NCBI GenBank assembly: GCA_965199825.1
Contig: OZ241329.1
Location: forward strand, 2,624,001 to 2,688,000
Length of the DNA stretch: 64,000 nt
Reading direction: 5' to 3'
From: Bdellovibrionales bacterium
GTDB taxonomy: Bacteria; Bdellovibrionota; Bdellovibrionia; Bdellovibrionales; UBA1609
This document shows positions 59,118 through 64,000 of the stretch, piece by piece; positions within the stretch are counted from its first letter, which is position 1; every line of letters starts with the position of its first letter. A program made the position numbers and the translations under genes. Under the pieces are notes generated by a model. That model worked only from the letters and a program-made list of their open reading frames with translations. It was not told the origin of the DNA and searched no databases.

Positions 59118-60535
59118 CGAGTAAACCTCTGTTTTTCTAAAAAGCTAGGGCGGTAATTGAGTTGATCATCTGGGCACAGATTTTTTTGTGTGACCAATGC
59201 ATAGGTCTCATTCCAAAAACATAATTTCAATTCTTGAGGCAGAGTGAGTTTTTTAAATTCTTCCATCGGCCAAAGACCGATGGCCTCTTTATCTTTTGAC
59301 TGCAGATTTTCTATAATTTCTAAAGAATTGGCGATCAGCGGAGTTCGGTCCCAGTACCACGGAATATCCGAGGCCAGATCTTCCCACGTCCACTGCTGTT
59401 TAAGATCTCCAAAAAAATAAACTTTTTTATTGTCATGCAAAAATTCAAGAGAGTGTTGAAAGGCCCTAAAAGGATGAGAAATTCCGGAATGAACTTTGAT
59501 TGGCAAGATCTCAACAATCACAAAGGCACTCAACGCAAACCTAAAAAGCCTTTGAGCAAAAACTTTTGCGGTGATTCTTATCAATGGTCTTACCAATATT
59601 CCAAAACCCATCGCCAACCACGGCAAAACGGGCAAAACATATTGCCCATGATGACGTTCGCTAAATCCATATATAAGAGAATGAAAAAGCACCTGGGCCA
59701 AAATCAAATAGCCTAACGAATTTTTATGTTTCGCTAATTTAAAAGCTTGATAAAGACCCGTGACCGCCACCACATGTCCAAATCGCAAGATCGCTAACGG
59801 ATACCAAAAAACATTTTTGTTTTTTTCTAAATCATTTTGCTCAACCAATTGGCGATGAAGATATTCTTTCCAAAACAAAAACCCCTCGGCCTGATAGTGG
59901 GCCAAGGTAAAAATCCCAAGTGGGAGGAGCGAGCCCAAAATAAAATTTAGGCTTTTTTTGGGATTGATATAAATTGCCCAAAGTCCAATGGGCAACACAC
60001 CCAGCGCGCCCACCCCTTTAGCAAGGACCGCACAGCTAAGCGCAAGGCCGCCTAAAAAAAATAAGTTTTCAACGATCAGCCAAAATCCAAGTAGCGAGAG
60101 GGCAACCATTGGCATATCGAGCCAACCACTGCTCATAAAATTCATAAAATCATTAAGAATAAAAAGTCCAAAGCAACAAACAACAGCGGTCAACTCGTCG
60201 TAGAGTTTTCGCATCGAAAAAAAGACACTTGTAAAAACAAGTAGGCCCGAAAAGGTGGCGATCAACCGAACAGTCTGGGCCGAAATGCCAAAAATTTTAA
60301 AAACCAGAGCATCCAGCCACAACACCAAATAAGGATGTTCAACAAAGGGATCAAAAATGCCGGGGCCTAACCGTGGATGAAAAAGATTTTGACCACTTAA
60401 AAAACTTTTGGCCAAGGCGCCGTAGGTCGCCGAGCTAAATCCAAGCCCCGGCTCCCAAAACTTTAAAAATGCGGCTAAAAATACCGATCCAAAAATATAA
60501 AGGTAAGTTTTATTGAGGTCCTTCCAGTGGATCAT
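59114..60535 (-). CDS. ArnT/PMT-like GT-C glycosyltransferase
   Basis: [19 protein letters not shown]...FKIFG.S...RL, LDMPM, LAKG, YVLPVLP. Confidence 0.8.
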   Translation of the reverse strand: MIHWKDLNKTYLYIFGSVFLAAFLKFWEPGLGFSSATYGALAKSFLSGQNLFHPRLGPGIFDPFVEHPYLVLWLDALVFKIFGISAQTVRLIATFSGLLVFTSVFFSMRKLYDELTAVVCCFGLFILNDFMNFMSSGWLDMPMVALSLLGFWLIVENLFFLGGLALSCAVLAKGVGALGVLPIGLWAIYINPKKSLNFILGSLLPLGIFTLAHYQAEGFLFWKEYLHRQLVEQNDLEKNKNVFWYPLAILRFGHVVAVTGLYQAFKLAKHKNSLGYLILAQVLFHSLIYGFSERHHGQYVLPVLPWLAMGFGILVRPLIRITAKVFAQRLFRFALSAFVIVEILPIKVHSGISHPFRAFQHSLEFLHDNKKVYFFGDLKQQWTWEDLASDIPWYWDRTPLIANSLEIIENLQSKDKEAIGLWPMEEFKKLTLPQELKLCFWNETYALVTQKNLCPDDQLNYRPSFLEKQRFTR

Positions 60536-62561
60536 CTTTACTCCCTAAGGTCAGTTGGATCATCTCGATGCGTTTGATCTCATCACGAATGTTTGCGGCT
60601 TGCTCAAAATCCAAATCATCAGCCGCTTTGCGCATTTTTTTACGCAGCTTTAAAACTTCTTTTTCTAATTTTTCGGTCGGCACATCCGCAATTTTTTTTG
60701 CCAACAATTCATCATTGGGTGTGGCGTTCACATCAAAACCATAGATTTCGATTAATCGTTTGCCAATTTTTTTCTCAATCGTTTTTGGGGTGATGCCATG
60801 CTCAGTATTGTATTTTTCTTGTAAGATCCGGCGTCTAGCCGTTTCAGACATCGCAAGCTTCATCGAGTCGGTCACCGTGTCGCCATAAAGAATCACATGC
60901 CCATTTTGATTGCGCGCGGCTCGACCAATTGTTTGAACCAAAGAGCGCTCGGAACGTAAAAAACCTTCTTTGTCGGCATCAGTGATCGCCACAAGTGAGA
61001 CTTCGGGAATATCTAATCCTTCACGCAGGAGATTAATCCCGATGAGCACATCAAAAATACCAAGGCGCAAATCGCGAATGATCTCTGTGCGCTCAACCGT
61101 TTTGATATCGCTATGAAGATATTTAACCTTTAAACCCAAGCCCTCATAATATTCGGTTAAATCTTCGGCAGTTCTTTTTGTTAAAGTGGTGATCAGTACG
61201 CGCTCTTTTAATGCGATTCGCTTTTTAATTTCACCAAGGAGGTCATCCACTTGATGTCGAGCGGGACGAACCTCAACCGTGGGATCAAGAAGTCCGGTTG
61301 GGCGAATGATCTGTTCAATCACCACACCTCCCGATTTTTCGATCTCATAATTTGCGGGTGTGGCCGAAACATAAACCACGCTATCAAGATAGCTTTCAAA
61401 TTCTTGAAAATTGAGCGGACGATTGTCTAACGCTGAGGGCAACCGGAAACCATAATCCACAAGCGTTGATTTTCGCGCACGATCGCCGCGATACATCCCG
61501 CCCACTTGGCTCACGGTCACATGGCTCTCATCCACAAACAAAAGCCAATCTTTGGGAAAATATTCAAGCAAGGTCGGTGGCGGCTCATCGGGATTTCGAC
61601 CGGTGAAGTGGCGCGAGTAGTTTTCGATCCCAGGGCAACTTCCCATTTCTTGAATCAATTCGAGATCGTATTGAACACGACTCTCGATTCTTTCGGCCTC
61701 AATGAGGCGCATTTCTCTTTTATAAAATTGCAATCGATCTCGCAATTCATCACGAATGGTTTCTATCGCATTTTTTTTGCGATCGTCCGAGCTCACGTAA
61801 TGGCTTCCGGGAAAAATCGCCACTTGATCAAGTTCTTCCAAAACTTTTGCTCTGAGTGGGTCAACCCAAGAAATTTTGTCGATGTAGTCACCAAAAAATT
61901 CGACCCGAATTGCGCGTACCTCTTCGTAAGGCGGCATCACTTCGACCACATCGCCCCGCACCCGAAATGTACCGCGATGAAAATCCACATCATTTCTGGT
62001 GTACTGAATGCGAACAAGCTCCCTTAAAAAGGTATCTCTTCTGACCTCTTGATTGACACTCATCAAGATCATCATACCTTCGTACGCCTCAGGGCTTCCC
62101 AAACCGTAGATGCAGGAAACCGAACTCACAATAATCACATCGCGACGCTCAAAAAGCGAGCGCGTGGCCGAGTGTCTCATCCGGTCAATCTGGTCATTGA
62201 TGGCCGAATCTTTTTCGATAAAAGTATCTGACGATGGCACGTAGGCTTCGGGCTGGTAGTAATCGTAGTAACTGACAAAGTACTCCACCGCATTTTTTGG
62301 AAAGAGTTCTTTAAATTCGGCAAAGAGCTGGGCCGCCAAAGTTTTATTAGGCGCCAACACAAGTGTCGGCAAATTCATTTTTTGAATCACCTTGGCCATT
62401 GTAAATGTTTTTCCGGAGCCCGTGACTCCGAGTAACACCTGATGCTTTTGATTTTTTTTAATATTATCGACTAGCGTTTCAATGGCCGCGGGTTGATCGC
62501 CGGCGGGCTCAAATTTTGATTCCAATTGAAAATGAGCAATGGGCCCTTTACTTGGTCGCAT
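60510..62561 (-). CDS. uvrB: Excinuclease ABC subunit B
   Basis: [60 protein letters not shown]. Confidence 0.98.
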   Translation of the reverse strand: MRPSKGPIAHFQLESKFEPAGDQPAAIETLVDNIKKNQKHQVLLGVTGSGKTFTMAKVIQKMNLPTLVLAPNKTLAAQLFAEFKELFPKNAVEYFVSYYDYYQPEAYVPSSDTFIEKDSAINDQIDRMRHSATRSLFERRDVIIVSSVSCIYGLGSPEAYEGMMILMSVNQEVRRDTFLRELVRIQYTRNDVDFHRGTFRVRGDVVEVMPPYEEVRAIRVEFFGDYIDKISWVDPLRAKVLEELDQVAIFPGSHYVSSDDRKKNAIETIRDELRDRLQFYKREMRLIEAERIESRVQYDLELIQEMGSCPGIENYSRHFTGRNPDEPPPTLLEYFPKDWLLFVDESHVTVSQVGGMYRGDRARKSTLVDYGFRLPSALDNRPLNFQEFESYLDSVVYVSATPANYEIEKSGGVVIEQIIRPTGLLDPTVEVRPARHQVDDLLGEIKKRIALKERVLITTLTKRTAEDLTEYYEGLGLKVKYLHSDIKTVERTEIIRDLRLGIFDVLIGINLLREGLDIPEVSLVAITDADKEGFLRSERSLVQTIGRAARNQNGHVILYGDTVTDSMKLAMSETARRRILQEKYNTEHGITPKTIEKKIGKRLIEIYGFDVNATPNDELLAKKIADVPTEKLEKEVLKLRKKMRKAADDLDFEQAANIRDEIKRIEMIQLTLGSKDDPLEGPQ

Positions 62562-64000
62562 CTATTTATCAACCTCCCAAAGAGTTCCTTCGGCGTTATC
62601 TTGCAGACGAATACCAAGATTTTTAAGTTCATCTCGCAATTGGTCTGAAGTTTTAAAATCTTTGTTTTTGCGGGCTTCAATTCGGAGTAAAACTTTTTGA
62701 TCAATATCTTGGCGATTTAATTTTTTGGCCGCTAAAAGCATATCGTCGAGAGTGGTTAAAAATTCTTTTGGTGGTTCTTGAAACAAACTTAAAAGCTTGC
62801 CACGCTCAGTAATAAATTTAAAAAACACATTTGCCGAAGCCTTTGCCGCTTCGCTTTTTAAATTGGCTTCACCATTAAATGTTCTCACCAACTCAAACAG
62901 GCGGGCCATCATTTCGGCCGTGTTGAAATCATCATCGAGGGCTTTTTCAAATCCTTGATCCGCCTGTTCGAAAGCTTTTTCCATCACAGCATTGATAGGC
63001 ATCAGAGAGGCACTGTCACTTAAGCGTTGAGCAAGGGCGAGGCTTGAATAAATACGGGCAAGTGCGGTGATTGCGTGGGCAACCGCTTGATCTGATAAAT
63101 CCATCGGACTGCGGTAGTGAACACTTAAAACCATAAATTTTAAAATCTCTGGATTGTAGGTGGTCATAAATCCACGACCGGTCACCACATTGCCCAAAGA
63201 TTTAGACATTTTGGCTTGGCCAAATTGAACCATATTGTTGTGCATCCAGTAGCGCACAAAAGGTTTTTGATTGAGGGCTTCGCTTTGGGCTTTTTCATTT
63301 TCGTGATGGGGAAAAAGCAAATCCATTCCGCCGCCATGAATATCAATGCTGTCACCAAGAAGACTTTTGATCATTGCCGAGCATTCGATATGCCAGCCGG
63401 GCCTGCCCTCGCCCCAGGGCGAAGACCAAAAAGGCTCACCCGGTTTTGATTTTTTCCATAGAGCAAAATCACTCACGTGTTTTTTTCGCTGATCGATTTC
63501 AATTCGAAATCCTGCGGCCAGATCATCTAAATTTTTATGGCTAAGCTCACCATATTTTTTGAATTTTTCTACCGAAAAATAAACATCACCCGCGATTTCG
63601 TACGCCACACCCAAATCAATCAATGATTTTACGAACTCAATGATCGGAGCCATAAATTCGGTCACTTTGGGATTGAGCGAATGTTTTTTTAATCCCAGGG
63701 CTTTAAAATCTTTTTCGAATTCAGAAATATAAAATTCAGAAACTTCGGTGCTCGATTTTTTTTCGCTCGCAGCTTTTTTTATGATGCGGTCATCCACATC
63801 GGTGTAGTTGTAAACAAATTCAACTTTAAAACCTTTGTGCTCTAGCCAGTTGCGCACCAAATTAAAAAAAATGGGCCCGCGAAAATTACCCACATGAAGA
63901 AGATCATAAACGGTCGGTCCACAGACATACATCTTCACTTGGTCGGGAACGATTGAGACAAAATCTTCTTTTTTTTGGGTCAGAGAATTATAAATTTTGA
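62562..64000 (-). CDS. cysS: Cysteine--tRNA ligase (5' end just outside window)
   Basis: [11 protein letters not shown]...[49 protein letters not shown]; the frame stays open to 64000. Confidence 0.97.
   Translation of the reverse strand, partial: KIYNSLTQKKEDFVSIVPDQVKMYVCGPTVYDLLHVGNFRGPIFFNLVRNWLEHKGFKVEFVYNYTDVDDRIIKKAASEKKSSTEVSEFYISEFEKDFKALGLKKHSLNPKVTEFMAPIIEFVKSLIDLGVAYEIAGDVYFSVEKFKKYGELSHKNLDDLAAGFRIEIDQRKKHVSDFALWKKSKPGEPFWSSPWGEGRPGWHIECSAMIKSLLGDSIDIHGGGMDLLFPHHENEKAQSEALNQKPFVRYWMHNNMVQFGQAKMSKSLGNVVTGRGFMTTYNPEILKFMVLSVHYRSPMDLSDQAVAHAITALARIYSSLALAQRLSDSASLMPINAVMEKAFEQADQGFEKALDDDFNTAEMMARLFELVRTFNGEANLKSEAAKASANVFFKFITERGKLLSLFQEPPKEFLTTLDDMLLAAKKLNRQDIDQKVLLRIEARKNKDFKTSDQLRDELKNLGIRLQDNAEGTLWEVDK

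Noticed and set aside
530..63449. The many short antisense or alternate-frame ORFs in the track
   Set aside because: They lie within well-supported genes and lack RBS, promoter or motif support.
1..64000. CRISPR arrays, rRNA, IS/transposases, prophage, long tandem repeats
   Set aside because: None seen by eye; low-complexity tracts at about 23960-24000 and 46600-46620 are coding Ala/Ser/Thr linkers.

Overview
A very compact, gene-dense bacterial chromosome segment, most likely from a predatory Bdellovibrionota. That assignment is an inference from the lpxC-ruvBAC-TPR-efp-TPR-tamB-tamA gene order and the Bdellovibrio-style secreted orphans and vWA lipoprotein. It carries housekeeping genes (kdsA-like, lptF, ald, lpxC, ruvABC, efp, gpmA, fadD, rpmG, clsB, msrBA, xerD, uvrBC, partial cysS, tRNA-Cys) and a DNA-uptake/T4P set (tsaP-like LysM, dprA, split comEC, distal comM). 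It also has an HNH nuclease and several secreted or lipoprotein orphans. The strongest leads are: (1) a ~10 kb glycosylation module wedged between uvrB and uvrC, coupling CDP-tyvelose synthesis to a DPM1-like polyprenol-phosphate transferase and three different GT-C transferases, with no Wzx/Wzy/ABC O-antigen genes; (2) an unannotated ~195-nt rod-shaped RNA with its own sigma70-like promoter between the competence genes; (3) a hidden 27-aa hydrophobic peptide with a sigma28-like promoter, antisense to the spoIID-like gene; (4) a KdsA with altered substrate-specificity motifs; (5) a recurring C-terminal C-x-[ST]-x-[LF] motif in secreted orphans; (6) apparent leaderless promoters. No CRISPR array, rRNA, IS element or prophage was seen. 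All family calls are from motif recognition by eye, not database searches.
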